A DNA stretch of 64,000 nt from Lama glama (GCA_028534125.1 CM052832.1:23376001-23440000); one strand, 5' to 3'; shown: positions 38,701 to 49,045, numbered from the stretch's first letter. Notes: generated by a model from the letters alone, not told the origin. Program-made: numbers and translations.

Positions 38701-40896
38701 CCCAAGCCACCGACCCTTCCACCACGGAAACCTCAATTATCAGAACCAACCTTCTATAGTAATGGTCAAAGCATTCATTACAGAAATGCTCCCCACAGGA
38801 GAGGTGATACCATCGGGATGTGTAGCCATTTTTGGCACATCTGAAAAGAGCAAAGACAGGTAGCTTTGGTAATGAATCAACATTTCTTCTTTCTTTTTTT
38901 TTAAACATTTATCAAGTACCTCCTATGAGCTCATTTTGCCTTACCTCCACTTAGAATCCTAACCACCAGCAGATTACAACAGGGGGAATGGAAAGGATGA
39001 TTAATACACAACAATGCATTGGTGATCAGTGGTACCCAGCTGCCTGCACATCAGAAGGGGCTGGGACTTCAGAGTTTTATCACGACTCCCTGGAGTGATG
39101 GCGGGGTTTTAGGGCATGAAAGAAGGGAGGCCAGTGTGCTTGCTGCGTGTGGGTGGAGAAAAGTGTGATCTCTGGTAACAACAGCTGGCCTGAATCTGAA
39201 CAGTGAACAGATCTGGCCAGCTGGAATTCCACCACCCAGTGGGCAATCTGGCAAATATAACCTGCCACACAGCCAATAATGTAGTAAAAGAATGAAATAT
39301 GCCACTGTGAACGCTAACAATACTACCTCTTTGTGATTTTTAAAAAAGGGGGGAGGGGATTTGTTTTCCAGGTTTTACTGAATCTTCACTGAAGATTTTT
39401 CTCTGAAAGTAAAAGGTCATGCTTGGGTCATTCCAATCATCATGGCAAGAGTGCCGTTAACTGCATAGTTTTAATGAGACCTATATATGTCTGCTGGACG
39501 AGGCCGTATGTTATATAAGGGAGAAGAGCACGGGAAATAAGGATATACTGGTCTTTGCAGGGAGCTCAAGGTTCTCTCTGCTGTGTCCCCACCGCTGACC
39601 CTATCCTACCGTCAACCCCCAAGAGAGGTACAACTATGGTGGATGGGACCTGAGGGCACGGAGTTGCCACTGGACAGAGCTGATATGGCTGGTCTAACGA
39701 GGGGAGATACAGGAGGGTGTGCTGTGTACAGGATGTGTACCGAATGCACTGACAATGTCTCTTATTGGATAACTAACAGTATCTTCAGGAAGACTATCTT
39801 TGAGGCTGGATGCTCTGACCCACAGGAAGGTGAGGCCAAGACCAGCCATCTAAACAGACCTTTCAGAAGCACTTGCAAAGCACACGGGACACGTTGCTGT
39901 ACAGCCTGCTTTTTCACATTTTCTGTACTTCTTCTCTGACCCACCGTCTTCATCCTCGTCTGTTGTCTCCGTGGCTTTTTTCTTTGCCTGAGAAAGAACC
40001 AGCTGAGGTTAAGATTACATCAGCATGGCCAAGGGCGAAGGTAGTGGAAGGTTTACTACTGAAATCACTTTCATGTTAGAAGTTCTAAATGTGAGGATCA
40101 ACAGCATCCTGGCTGCGGGCTAGGGGCTGATGATACAGCAATTTCCTTGAGAGTGCATTGCGCAAATAATACACGAACCTGCTAGAAGTATAGAACTAGC
40201 ACTGCAATGAAAGTCTCCAAGTAGAGAGCTAAAAATGCATATGAGCTTTTCTTAGGAAAAAGCTATACTGATCAAAATAAAAGCCACTCTCAAATTAAGA
40301 GTTTTTCCTTTACTTAGAGCCGTTATAGCCTCTCAGTATTGCAGATTGAAAAAAAAAAACTAGACAAATTCTAGAAAAATAATCACATCATTCAATATTT
40401 TTCTTTTAAATGGAAAAAAAAAAAGCCCTACAAGAGAGATGGCAGCAAGTAACTCGCCAACAGCACCCAACCAACTCCAAGCTGGAGTCCAAATTCCTAT
40501 GAATGACACCAAGCCAAGCATGATCTGGCCCCAGCTCACATCCTGGAGGCAACCACATAACTGCGATGCTCTGAACATCTCATGCTGATTCACACTCCAT
40601 GCCTTTATCTCTGCAGCCCCCTCTGCCAGATACCCTTTTTCCAACATTCTACCACTTTATCACGCTGATGGTCCCAAGGTGAATTTCTCCATTAGACTGC
40701 AAGTTCCTTGAGGGCTGGAATTATATCCTTTCACCTCTAATTCTTCAGTCCCAACCACAATAAGTCTGTTGCTCAAAGGAGGTGCAAGGAATGAACAAAT
40801 GAGTGATACCTGCCTACCGGAGCTCCGCAAAGGTAGGCTATCTGGAGAATGATCAAAAGATGCTTTTTTCTTTGTCCTCCCCCGTGGGGTTGCCAT
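2167..40896 (-). CDS. KDM1B: Lysine-specific histone demethylase 1B (LSD2/AOF1), complete spliced CDS, 820 aa
   Basis: Join on minus strand: 40896-40810, 39987-39860, 38840-38751, 38201-38090, 35724-35608, 27650-27612, 24246-24042, 22432-22248, 19644-19468, 19094-19020, 18251-18114, 17208-17037, 14096-13969, 13180-13049, 12450-12376, 9464-9348, 8623-8498, 7560-7438, 5979-5827, 2250-2167 = 2463 nt, all GT-AG, frame continuous. Starts [20 protein letters not shown], ends [11 protein letters not shown]. Zinc finger, zf-CW, SWIRM and amine oxidase (GAGPAG) motifs match remembered human KDM1B. Confidence 0.98.
4246..4466 (+). mobile_element. Young 5'-truncated L1 3' end with a perfect 14-bp target-site duplication
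   Basis: AGAAATCAGAACAG at 4246-4259 and 4453-4466; body ends gactataactcaataaaaaaaaa. Confidence 0.85.
4500..5210 (+). mobile_element. Old L1 (L1MB-like) ORF2 end and 3' UTR fragment
   Basis: gatgtggagaaa, gcaactccacttctgggtatataccc, cattatgctaagtgaaattagccag hallmark motifs. Confidence 0.85.
5827..5979 (-). CDS. KDM1B: KDM1B coding exon 19 ([13 protein letters not shown]...VFFAGE)
   Basis: acgcag acceptor, GAG|gtgtgt donor; in ORF 5773..6015. Confidence 0.96.
6936..7275 (+). mobile_element. MaLR solo LTR (MLT1A-like)
   Basis: agggtgggccttaatcca, gtccttctaagaagaggagatt, ttggacttccagcctccag motifs. Confidence 0.8.
7438..7560 (-). CDS. KDM1B: KDM1B coding exon 18 ([14 protein letters not shown]...ELFKEQ)
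   Basis: gcccag acceptor, CAG|gtcaga donor; in ORF 7168..7677. Confidence 0.96.
8498..8623 (-). CDS. KDM1B: KDM1B coding exon 17 ([13 protein letters not shown]...YDMDPQ)
   Basis: ttccag acceptor, CAG|gtaaaa donor; in ORF 8450..8713. Confidence 0.96.
9348..9464 (-). CDS. KDM1B: KDM1B coding exon 16 ([12 protein letters not shown]...LGAGIIEK), includes the conserved catalytic Lys
   Basis: ccacag acceptor, AAG|gtaact donor, 117 nt. Confidence 0.96.
11310..11470 (-). mobile_element. MER5-like hAT element
   Basis: cagtggttctc...gaggaccactg termini, ccaggtaattctaaggtgcagcca. Confidence 0.7.
12376..12450 (-). CDS. KDM1B: KDM1B coding exon 15 ([25 protein letters not shown])
   Basis: gagcag acceptor, AAG|gtaagc donor. 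Confidence 0.94.
13049..13180 (-). CDS. KDM1B: KDM1B coding exon 14 ([15 protein letters not shown]...DIRLRSP)
   Basis: tcccag acceptor, CCA|gtgagt donor; in ORF 12884..13381. Confidence 0.96.
13969..14096 (-). CDS. KDM1B: KDM1B coding exon 13 ([13 protein letters not shown]...YACGSSLHQ)
   Basis: ttacag acceptor, CAG|gtggga donor, 128 nt. Confidence 0.95.
16216..16360 (+). mobile_element. tRNA-derived SINE (camelid Vic-1-like)
   Basis: A box tagctcagtggtag, B box ggttcaatccc, A-rich tail, atcctgcc TSD. Confidence 0.88.
17037..17208 (-). CDS. KDM1B: KDM1B coding exon 12 ([12 protein letters not shown]...QDVPLG)
   Basis: ttttgaag acceptor, G|gtatgg donor; in ORF 16933..17214. Confidence 0.95.
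17646..17857. mobile_element. MER53 palindromic MITE
   Basis: TIRs tagggttgcc and ggcaacccta; internally self-complementary. Confidence 0.8.
18114..18251 (-). CDS. KDM1B: KDM1B coding exon 11 ([14 protein letters not shown]...ALMCEQ)
   Basis: tctag acceptor, CAA|gtgggt donor, 138 nt. Confidence 0.95.
18355..18854. other. Assembly gap, 500 N, intronic
   Basis: N run; flanking KDM1B exons join in frame. Confidence 0.99.
19020..19094 (-). CDS. KDM1B: KDM1B coding exon 10 ([25 protein letters not shown]), FAD-binding GxGxxG
   Basis: poly-T...aag acceptor, AAG|gtatga donor. Confidence 0.96.
19468..19644 (-). CDS. KDM1B: KDM1B coding exon 9 (EALTPQKC...LPKDYHN), SWIRM
   Basis: acacag acceptor, AAT|gtaggt donor; in ORF 19273..19677. 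Confidence 0.96.
19670..20285 (+). mobile_element. Old L1 (L1MB-like) 3' fragment
   Basis: gaattaccatataacccagcaactcca, tgtccatcggtggatgaatggataaa, A-rich tail. Confidence 0.85.
21805..21959 (+). mobile_element. Short young L1 3' end with a perfect 15-bp TSD, inserted at the MER20 terminus
   Basis: TAAAGTGGTTCTCAA at 21805-21819 and 21945-21959. Confidence 0.85.
21948..22158 (+). mobile_element. MER20 hAT-Charlie element
   Basis: ttttggttgttacaactggg, gctactagcatctagt, aaacatcctacaaagcacaggac motifs. Confidence 0.8.
22248..22432 (-). CDS. KDM1B: KDM1B coding exon 8 ([12 protein letters not shown]...LWYTNCK), SWIRM
   Basis: tctcag acceptor, AAG|gtgagt donor; in ORF 22197..22463. Confidence 0.96.
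24042..24246 (-). CDS. KDM1B: KDM1B coding exon 7 ([14 protein letters not shown]...KAVPSVL)
   Basis: tttcag acceptor, G|gtgaga donor; in ORF 23980..24270. Confidence 0.95.
25868..26313 (+). mobile_element. MaLR solo LTR (MLT1B/C-like)
   Basis: cagaatgtgaccttatttggaaa, gtccttataagaagaag, ttaagccacccagtttgtggcaatttgtta. Confidence 0.82.
26700..26733. repeat. (TG)~17 microsatellite
   Basis: Direct reading. Confidence 0.95.
27351..27490 (+). mobile_element. tRNA-derived SINE (Vic-1-like)
   Basis: A and B boxes, cctaatta-C-rich-A tail. Confidence 0.88.
27612..27650 (-). CDS. KDM1B: KDM1B coding exon 6, 39 nt ([13 protein letters not shown])
   Basis: ttggcag acceptor, CTA|gtgagt donor, phase 0 at both ends. 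Confidence 0.93.
27941..28256 (-). mobile_element. MER2-like Tigger-family element
   Basis: tacagttggccctccgcatct terminus; ataagtaatctagagatgattaaa internal motif. Confidence 0.75.
28271..28390 (-). mobile_element. tRNA-derived SINE (Vic-1-like)
   Basis: gtactggggattgaaccca...gagctgtaccctcccc. Confidence 0.88.
28419..28722 (+). mobile_element. Tigger1-like internal-deletion derivative
   Basis: cagacatatctcagagacattgtgggttcagttccagacc start and aggtttgcctg end. Confidence 0.75.
30912..31045 (+). mobile_element. tRNA-derived SINE (Vic-1-like) with ~18-bp TSD
   Basis: agaaattactatttcttg and agaaattactgtttcttg flanks. Confidence 0.9.
32220..34477 (+). mobile_element. Degenerate L1 ORF2 (reverse-transcriptase region) fragment, runs into a gap
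   Basis: ggaatgcaaggttg, aggaacaaggcaagg, gaaatgcaaattaaaaccacaatg motifs; many stops and frameshifts. Confidence 0.85.
33377..33591 (+). mobile_element. MER58A-like element nested in L1
   Basis: aaaggccagacagtaaacatttt, gcagccatagacaatac, gttccaataaaactttatttacaaaaacagg. Confidence 0.8.
34478..34977. other. Assembly gap, 500 N, intronic
   Basis: N run. Confidence 0.99.
35608..35724 (-). CDS. KDM1B: KDM1B coding exon 5 ([14 protein letters not shown]...MKPNSAVK), zf-CW
   Basis: ctag|GTT acceptor, AAG|gtatga donor, 117 nt. Confidence 0.95.
36310..37535 (+). mobile_element. Old L1 (L1MB-like) ORF2 end and 3' UTR
   Basis: atgacaccaaaagcataagcaacaaaagaaaaaat, gcaaatcatatatctgat, terminal caataaaaa. 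Confidence 0.87.
38090..38201 (-). CDS. KDM1B: KDM1B coding exon 4 (HKDGYDKY...QQLPYW)
   Basis: ttttcag acceptor, TGG|gtaaaa donor, 112 nt. Confidence 0.95.
38751..38840 (-). CDS. KDM1B: KDM1B coding exon 3 ([29 protein letters not shown]), zinc finger
   Basis: ttttcag acceptor, AG|gttggt donor; in ORF 38648..38908. Confidence 0.96.
39860..39987 (-). CDS. KDM1B: KDM1B coding exon 2 (AKKKATETT...CFASASER)
   Basis: ctcag|GCA acceptor, AG|gtctgt donor, 128 nt. Confidence 0.95.
40810..40896 (-). CDS. KDM1B: KDM1B coding exon 1 (MATPRG...SSGRQ); exon begins at 40909 with 13 nt of UTR
   Basis: acaATGG Kozak context, ttgcag acceptor, CAG|gtatca donor. Confidence 0.96.
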
Positions 40897-41009
40897 TGTA
40901 TCAGAAAACCTGCAAAACAAAACAAAAAAACAAGACAAAGAACATTAAATATTAGCATCTGCTCATACTTTCAACACTCTGGAGTCAAGTTATTATGTAG
41001 TTTACTTGG

Positions 41010-41215
41010 TAAGAGTATATGTGCCCTGCAGTTAGACTGCCTGAGTGTGAAGCCATAAGTTTCAAGCTACTTAACTAAGACTAAACCTCAGTGTTCTCAC
41101 ATATAAAATGGGCACAGCAAGAGTACCCTAGCATCGGTTGGAGGATTAAGTAAGAAGATAACTGATTTAAATCACTAGGCCTGGCATATTATAAGTACTC
41201 AATAAACGTTATTCA
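41010..41215 (+). mobile_element. MIR fragment
   Basis: cctcagtgttctcacatataaaatggg, taagtactcaataaa core. Confidence 0.6.
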
Positions 41216-44054
41216 TCAGTAGTACGTACATTTACATGTACAAAAATGAGAAACATCACACGAATGACTAATAAACAAATGACACTACTGTTTATAAAAT
41301 TCAGTGAGTAAAAATATCTAGTTTTTGCCTGTTATGTTCCTCTTTATCCTGCTGTGTCTTCTTAGTTTCTGAATTTTCATTTATTATACTTTAAAAAGAA
41401 AACTCATTCATCTCTTCTCAGTAACAACCAACAAATAAATCTCAGGCACACTGTCAGTACTGAACAGAGGAATCTGGGTTATATCGTCACTAGTAACTTC
41501 TACTGGAAAAATGTTACGAGTTCTCAAACTAGTCTAATAACAGCACGGTTAAACAAACATGAAGAATGAAAAGTCCACAAGAAAAATTATGCATGAAACT
41601 ACGAAAAATTTAAGAGCTGCCATGTTAGTATTTTTTCAATTCAATTAGATAGGAATGAAAAATGCTCAGTGTAAGTAAGCAGTGAACAATATACAGATCC
41701 TACAATTACCACACATCGCTTTCCTGGATCCACTGTCTTTACTACACACACATCTACTCACATAAAACATAGCAGGAGCAATAAATATGCCATGCTTATG
41801 GATAAGGAATTTGAAAGTGGAAAAGTGTTGTTATTGTAAGACACAAATCCCACCTATACGATCTTAATCTTGAAGAAAAGAAAAGCTTTGAAGGCCTTGT
41901 AATCCTATTGTTTTATATCTGAGTTGTACTAACATTCATAAGCGCATTTTCCTTGGATTATTAACATCATGTGTGAGAACTTTGAGCTTGCCGTCTGCAT
42001 CAACTTTGAGAAATCTTGATACCCATGTGATGGACGGTTTTCCTTTGACTCAGTCTTCACTTTCTCAGTCGTGAACAGATAAACTGTATACATATTCCGA
42101 AATGCATTACAGTTCTACAACCATTTGCCACTAGTTTTCCAGCACTCATTATACAGCTGGATGAAGCACTAACGATCTACCTATAATTGCCATACCCAAA
42201 GAAGGCTTTCTGAATCATAGTTATCTTCTCAAAAGGCTGTCCAATCTGACAAATTTCTTTATGTAAACATATATCCCACATTTTCCACAAAGTGAACCAT
42301 GAATAAAGCATATGTGAATATGTATAGAGTTTATGTAAGTGTATAGTATATGTTAAGTAGTGCAGCAAACATATTTGAGTCTACCTTAGGAACATAAATA
42401 AAATCAAGTTTATGCAACATTTGACCGTGTTGCCTGGGAATGCAGGTACTCTCCAAAGAAAGCATAGCTCCTGGAAATTTCACCAAACATTTTAATCCAA
42501 CTGTACACTAGAAAACATGTATTTAATTGCAATGAAGACCTATGTCATTCAAGAAATGGTTAAGAGAAAATGAAAACATTAACTATAAAAGCCATTATGA
42601 GATCTGTGTTGTCTGGGGAAAATATGACAAAAGCTTTTTAGGGTAGTACATTTTCACTTTTAATTATACAATTAACAGTTACGAAGCTTCATCCTTTTCT
42701 GACACTGTAACTTCTGTATTTTCACTGTTGCTGGGTTCTTGGGGCTTAAAATGGAAGAAAAAAATTTAAGCTGCAAGGACCACAGTTAACTGCGCTTTTA
42801 AATATAACCTCAGAAATAACAATCAAAAGTGTCATTAAAACAAATTAGTATACTGAACGTGCAATTTCCCTCCTGGTTCTTCAAATTAATAAACACACCT
42901 AATTCAAATATAATAAATTTGTTTCAGGTTTAGTATGACTTTTTAAGCATCTTTCTTCCTAATTTTAAACTCATAGCTTTGTTGTTCTTTTAATGTGACA
43001 AAAGAAAGGAAAAAAGTAGTTTGGGGGGCATAAATGTTTAAGTGAATCTATCAGGGTCTAGATTTCTACTTTAATAATTCCCAGGATTTTTTCTGAAGTA
43101 GCTTATTCAAAAAATTTTTTAAAAAACCCACAGAAATCATAAAAAACATAAATCTAAAGGACTCTGGGTCTAAAAGACTCCAGGTTCGAATCAAAATTTA
43201 TAGTGGCGTTAGCACAATTTCTCAAAATAGGAGAAACTACTAGAAACTTCTTCAGAGACAACAGGAGCAAAAATTTCCCTTTGAGCCACTTAAAACTGTT
43301 TCCACAATAATTACATTTTCCGAAATATGGATCCAGTTCAATTGCCCAAATGCTTTGTTGACTACTTTCTGTCTGGAAGGCCATTAATTATTGATGGTCA
43401 CTTTCTCATGTACCTCCTGAAGAACTTTCCTTCCCACTCGCCTTTCTTTCACTAAAATAGATTGGAAAAAAAAAAAAACCCAAAGAACCAAGCAACCAAG
43501 GAAAGTGTTAAGCCTCGAGTTGTGCGATGGATCTCCCCAAATGAAGCGGTCTATGGACTCCTGCACGCTCTCCCAAGGGAAGGCTGGGCCTCGAGCTGGC
43601 TAGGTTCCAGATCACGGAACCCCAACTCGCTACAGCTGGGCCTGCCTCTTCCTTCCTCTTTCACCTGCCAGCTGCCAAGCTGTTGACTAACAGCTACCGT
43701 AACTGGGCCGCCCCCTCCGGGTCCCGGGTCCCGGAGGAGTTACCCCAGCAACCTAGCAATGCCGATCGCGTCTCCACGCGTGGTGGCCGCGCCGGAGAAT
43801 TACTAACAACACCTGCGAGGCTGTGCGGGCTGCTCGCCGCACGCTCTCAGCCGGGAAGCACAGCAACGGAGTTCCTATTCTCGGATTGTGGGTTCCCCCC
43901 ACCCCCACCACAGGCACTCCCCAGGTGACAGGGCTCTGACAGCCCCCAGGAGGGAGCCTAACGTTCCCTGTGCCAGCTGCAACCGCCTAGCTTTCCGAAA
44001 AGCTTTCTCCTCTCTTCTCCTAAGTCGGAGAAGCAACAGCCTCCTGAGGCTCAC

Positions 44055-44098
44055 CTTCGCGCTGGAGGCGTGCAAGGAGCCGCGGGGAGAGGGCACCG
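44055..44098 (-). other. KDM1B: KDM1B 5' UTR exon, 44 nt, non-coding
   Basis: Polypyrimidine acceptor ttcctttctgcacag and donor AAG|gtgagc; no ATG; lies between the promoter and the first coding exon. Confidence 0.7.
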
Positions 44099-44744
44099 CT
44101 GTGCAGAAAGGAAACATTGTGGGGAGGGGGAGTTAGGAGTGACCCGCAACACCGCGACGAATCCGGGAACCCCGTCGCTGCAACACCTCAGCCCGGGAAT
44201 TTCCCCTTCCTCAGGCAGGGATCCCCACCCCGCACCCCTTCCAACACGGGGAGGAAGGGCTAGCCTCTGGGGCACAAGTCCACCTCCCACTCCGGCAAGA
44301 AGCGCTGCACAGGGGCAGAAGGAGAGCCTGCACCCTCGCCAAGCTGCTTTGTGCGGAGCTGTCACCCGAAATCCGCCCCCGCCCCCACGCCCGCCCCCGG
44401 AGCCGCGTGCTCCCCACCTCCAAGCGCGGGCGAGACGGTGCGCGCCGCCCCGGGCTGCAGGCGCCTCTCCGGAGCCGCGCGCCGCGCGCACAGGACGGCA
44501 GGATCCGCGCTGCGAGCCGCAGCCCCCGCTCGGCCGCCGCCGCCGCCGCCGCCGCTTCCGCCCCTGTCACGACGTGACCCGGGGTGGGAGGAGCCGGCGG
44601 GACCAGGGAGGAGTAGGGTCCCCGCCTTCCCTTTCGCCGCGCTGCTAGCCCCGCCCAGGCCATTTCCGCCGCTGCGCAAGCCCGGGCGCCTGGGGAGGGG
44701 GCGGGGCCTGCGCGCCGGGGGAAGGGCAGGGCCGGGGGCGAGGC

Positions 44745-44817
44745 TGAGCTGGAGACCTAGTACCGGTACCGCCCACCGCAGGGCACAACCAGAGACAGGC
44801 TGAGGACTGCGCACGAG
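44745..44817 (+). other. TPMT: TPMT non-coding exon 1 (start approximate, donor after 44817)
   Basis: Donor CGAG|gtaggc at the right side of the CpG island, resembling the remembered human exon 1 end. Confidence 0.6.
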
Positions 44818-46699
44818 GTAGGCTCCCCCGGGCGCAGAGTGGGTGCGAATGAGCAATGGCACCATTTGCTAGGTGTGAGCCTGTGATCGGATTCCAGAAC
44901 GGGGCATCCTAACAAAGCGCGGACACGCCAGCAGTCCGCGCCCTGAAGTGAGACTCAGGAAGCAGAATGGGAACGGGGAATAATGAGGTCAGATAGTGAA
45001 TGACCTTTCTGAGTCCATGATGTGACCTCAAAGCATTGCTGGGTATTAGTGATTTTTAAAAAAAGAAATACTTGCCGGAATAGTGAGGGATACGCGGGGA
45101 GGGGGGCGAGGGGTGCTGTAAATATTCTGTCTTGCTCCGTGGTAATTGCACATGGTGTATGCATACGAAAAATTCACCGAGCCATACTCTTGAACTTTGT
45201 GCGCTTTAGGAATGTTATCCTTAAATTTGTCGAAATTTTAAAATAAATCTAGAGCAAAAACTTTTTTTTTTTTTGGAAAAGTGACGAGGAAACCACACTT
45301 GGAAGCCCACCCAAGGAGGACTTGGGCGACCAAACTATATCTGCCATTTATGTGTATGGGTAAGAATGATTGTGAAATTTGCCTTTCTTGATTCTTACAA
45401 TTTTGCACTTTTATCTTGTTATAGAAACTTGATTTCTACAGAAAAGGGACATGGACAAGTTAGTTATACTTTAAGAAGATGTAAGAACAGCTAAGGTGTG
45501 ATTAAGTTATATTCATGATGTTGATTTGTATAAGTCGTTTGTGTGAGAGAGGTAGAGTTGAACAATTCCAGGTTGCCCTGCATTCGATGGTAAAATTATG
45601 CTTCCCTTATGTTTTAAATAGAGAACTGTTTATGAAGGCTCAAGTTCAGGTTCCAAAGTTTCTGTGAAAATGGAAATGAGAAAATTGCATCTCTCTTTTG
45701 CTTTTCTGTACCCAGTGTAATCAGATAACCTCTGACCTCTCAGAAAACTCTGAGTCACCTTCTGACATCGGCAGGGCCTTGCAAAAGCCATTTGTTTAAA
45801 AAAAGTTTGCTGGGAAGTGAATTTGCACTCCAGATTCCAAAGGAGGTGCCTTCACCTTGAATCCTAAGCATACTGAAGCCAAATTTTGCAACAAAGAGAA
45901 CTTCTTCTTGAATAACTGCTTTTATGTGGGGTTTGCTGTTCTCATGGAGAAATCATTAAATTAACTCCTCAAGAATAACCTGCTAGTGTAATCCAAACTA
46001 AATTAGTTTCACTAATGAGTCAAAGGGAGTGCTAGAACTCTTGCGTTGTATTCTCCTTAGTGTTACAAATTTCATGTTGAAAGGACATTTTTCTCATACC
46101 TTCAGATGGATTTGCAGTTATGGTCACGTGTCCTTTTTTCTCAGCTCCCTTTGTAAAAGAAAATAAGGAACAAAAAACAACGTCGCTCATCCAGTTACAC
46201 CAAGGGTTAAGTCCGCAATCCCTGCCCAGGGCCCACCCATGCTGTGCCCTGAGGCGATTCAGGACTTCAGAAAATGAGGCTGATGCATTCTGTGTTTTGG
46301 ATAAATGGCCCCTGGATACTTAAGAGGCATGCTTCCAGGAGAATTTCAATGGCCCAAGATTCTTGCATCTTCTCATACACAGAAAAGCACTAACATCATT
46401 AACTTCAGGTGTCTGTTCTTTGTGATTAGCAGTAATCTTTTACCAAGATGTATGCTTGACTACATGTTTTTCCCAGTCAAAAAAAAAAAAAACATATATA
46501 CGAAGCATATATACTTGGAGCAGTTCCTCAGAGTTATTTCCCGAGCTATAGTTCTAAGTAAAGTTTCCGAACAAAATTGAAACTCACAGCTCCTATGTTG
46601 TGTGTTTTTCTTTAGGTCAACATCTTTGTGCACATTTTCCCATGCAAAAAAAAGAAGCTATACTAAAATTATTGGAAAATACAAACTTGTGGGGTAGCA

Positions 46700-49045
46700 A
46701 TCAGATACGGAGTACTTGCGTCTAGTTTTGCTCCCTCCTTCCATTCCACCAAAACAACACCAGGATTTTTAAAGGCATAAACCGCTAGAATAGGGACGAC
46801 CGAAGAGAAGATAAAAGCAATAAATTTTTGAAATCTAGAAAGCAGATAGACAAGTAGTAAGGGATTTTGCAGACTTAAGACAGCTAAATTCTAACCCAGC
46901 AATGGGGAAAGCCAATGAGCAACTCTTTTTACATTTATAGAATCCCCCAGTGCTCAGGAATTAGCCACACCAGGTACCTCTGGGAGATGGAAGGGTATGG
47001 TTGAAACTAAAAGGATTGCTTGGAATTCTAGTTCCTGAATGGCTAAATCTCCTGATCCCTTTCTTAAGTCCCTGCAACCAAGTATCTGCCCTTCACCGCA
47101 CCAGCAGACTTTGCAGGGGTTTAGTCCCTGGAGAAGGGAAAGAGTCTTTGGACTGGGAAGACACAGTTCACAGTTGGGGATGGAAGACCATACTGAAAAA
47201 TGGAGATTAATTGAACACAGGCACACTGAATGCTGGGGTCCTCTCCCATGTTTGTTCTTTTCTTATGTGAGTCTAGAACCATGGTCCCAAGGACCCAAAT
47301 TTTCAACAGAAATTGGGAGGTCTCGCTATAGAAAGTCTGACCAGTCCAAAGAAAATAAAGATAATAACATTGAGGCTTCCAAATGATATCTATTCACATC
47401 ATCCTACAGTGAGGCTTAGTCAATAAGCCCCACCCACAAACTTAAATTTCTAATCATCTTTCTTTATTAATTCTTAAATATGAGCAGATAATTAGAATTG
47501 CTAGGCATTTGAGGACAGTCACTAGTTTGAAAGATAGAAGATAAAACCAACAGAAGAAGTGACTCAGTGACAGACTATGGAGGTAAATAAGAGAAAATAG
47601 CATATTCATTCCATCCATGAAATAAGAACAAAATAATATGAAAAGAGAGCATGAGAAATAGAAAGGAGCTCTCAAGAATTAAAGACTTGAGAGCAGAAAG
47701 GAAAAACTAAATGAAAAGGTAGAGAGAAAAAAATTAGGTGGCTTCAGAAAATAAGGCAAAATAATGAAAAATACAAAAAGTATGAGAAATTTACAGCATT
47801 ACGTCAAGATGTCCTACAACCAAATAAAAGGAGTCCGAGAAAGAGGGGGAAAAAAAAGAGGGAACAAAATCATTATCTGAATAATTCAAGGATTTTTCCA
47901 GAATTGAGGGATATGAGGTAACAGATTAAAAGAACTTGGCCAAATGGATGAAAATAGACCCAGAATAAGGCACAGGATTATGAAATTGCAAAAACTGAGA
48001 GGCAGACAAACGCTTTGAGAGAGAGAAAAATATTGGCCACGTGGAAAATACCAGGATGAGAATGCCTTTGAATTTAAGCAGTAACTCAAAGCTAGAAGAT
48101 AAGGGACTGATTTCTTCAGAATAATGGGAGAAAATGTTTTCTAATGAAGAATTGTTACCCAGCAAATCTATACATTAAGGATGAGGAATAGCATGAAGAC
48201 ATTTTGTACATGCAAAGTTGCAAAAAACCTTTTCTCCCATGCACCCTTTCTCAGAAAGCTGCTGAAGGTTGTACTTCACCAATACAAGGGTGGTAACCAC
48301 AAAAAGTGGGAAATATCCAATAAAGTAAGTAGGGGATTCATGAAAAGATAAGAAGGAAGTCTCCAGGATGGTGATTAAGAAAGATCCCAGAAGGCTAGCG
48401 ATGTACCAGGAGGAGAGTGCATCCAGGTCTGAGGGTTCTCCAAGATGATGATATTGATAGGAAATCTGATAACCGAAGAGGCCGAGAGTGTACTGGTAGG
48501 AGATTGAGACAGTTGGGAGAACTTAGAGTTGAATTAGTAATAAATATATAGAAATTTTAGAATATAAGTAAGAAATATATAGAAATACGTAGAAATTTTA
48601 GAATATAAGTAAGAAATATATGGAAATGAAAGAGCAAGACAGTTATTACCTGCAGAATAAAAAGCTGTGTGGAAAAGGAAGAATAATCCTAGAATTCTAC
48701 ATGGCTTAGCTGTGAATAGTATTTGCCTAGTCATAGTAATGTGTACTTCAAATATTTATTTAAAATTATGCTATGTCTATATGGAAAGGACACAAAAAAT
48801 GAGAAGGTGGTGTGTGTGTGTGTGTGCTGGGAAGGTGAAATGCTTACCTTTCTGGATGCTACCTAGAAATCAATTAAGAAGATACAAAATAAGCATGCTA
48901 GTTCGAAATACAGAGTTAGATTTCAGGACTCAGCTAAAAGAGTTAGAGACGGTTGCCTCATTGGGAGTGGAGATTGCTGCTCTCATAACTCTGTTGAACT
49001 CTTTGATTTGTGTACATTGTAACATTGATTAAAAAAATAAGTAAA
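46700..49045 (+). mobile_element. Very old L1-derived tract in TPMT intron 1
   Basis: Strong A skew, aataaaaggagtccgagaa and gaattgttacccagcaaatcta ORF1-like motifs; boundaries approximate. Confidence 0.5.

Larger units (their letters stand above)
43690..44950. promoter_or_regulatory. CpG island and bidirectional promoter shared by KDM1B (-) and TPMT (+)
   Basis: Very high GC and CpG density between divergent genes; GC boxes, ETS-like cttccg and tttccg, YY1-like gccattt; no TATA box seen. Confidence 0.93.

Noticed and set aside
44051..44865. Overlapping 146-192 aa Arg/Pro/Ala/Gly-rich ORFs on both strands
   Set aside because: Expected stop-codon scarcity in a CpG island; non-ATG starts and no recognisable domain.
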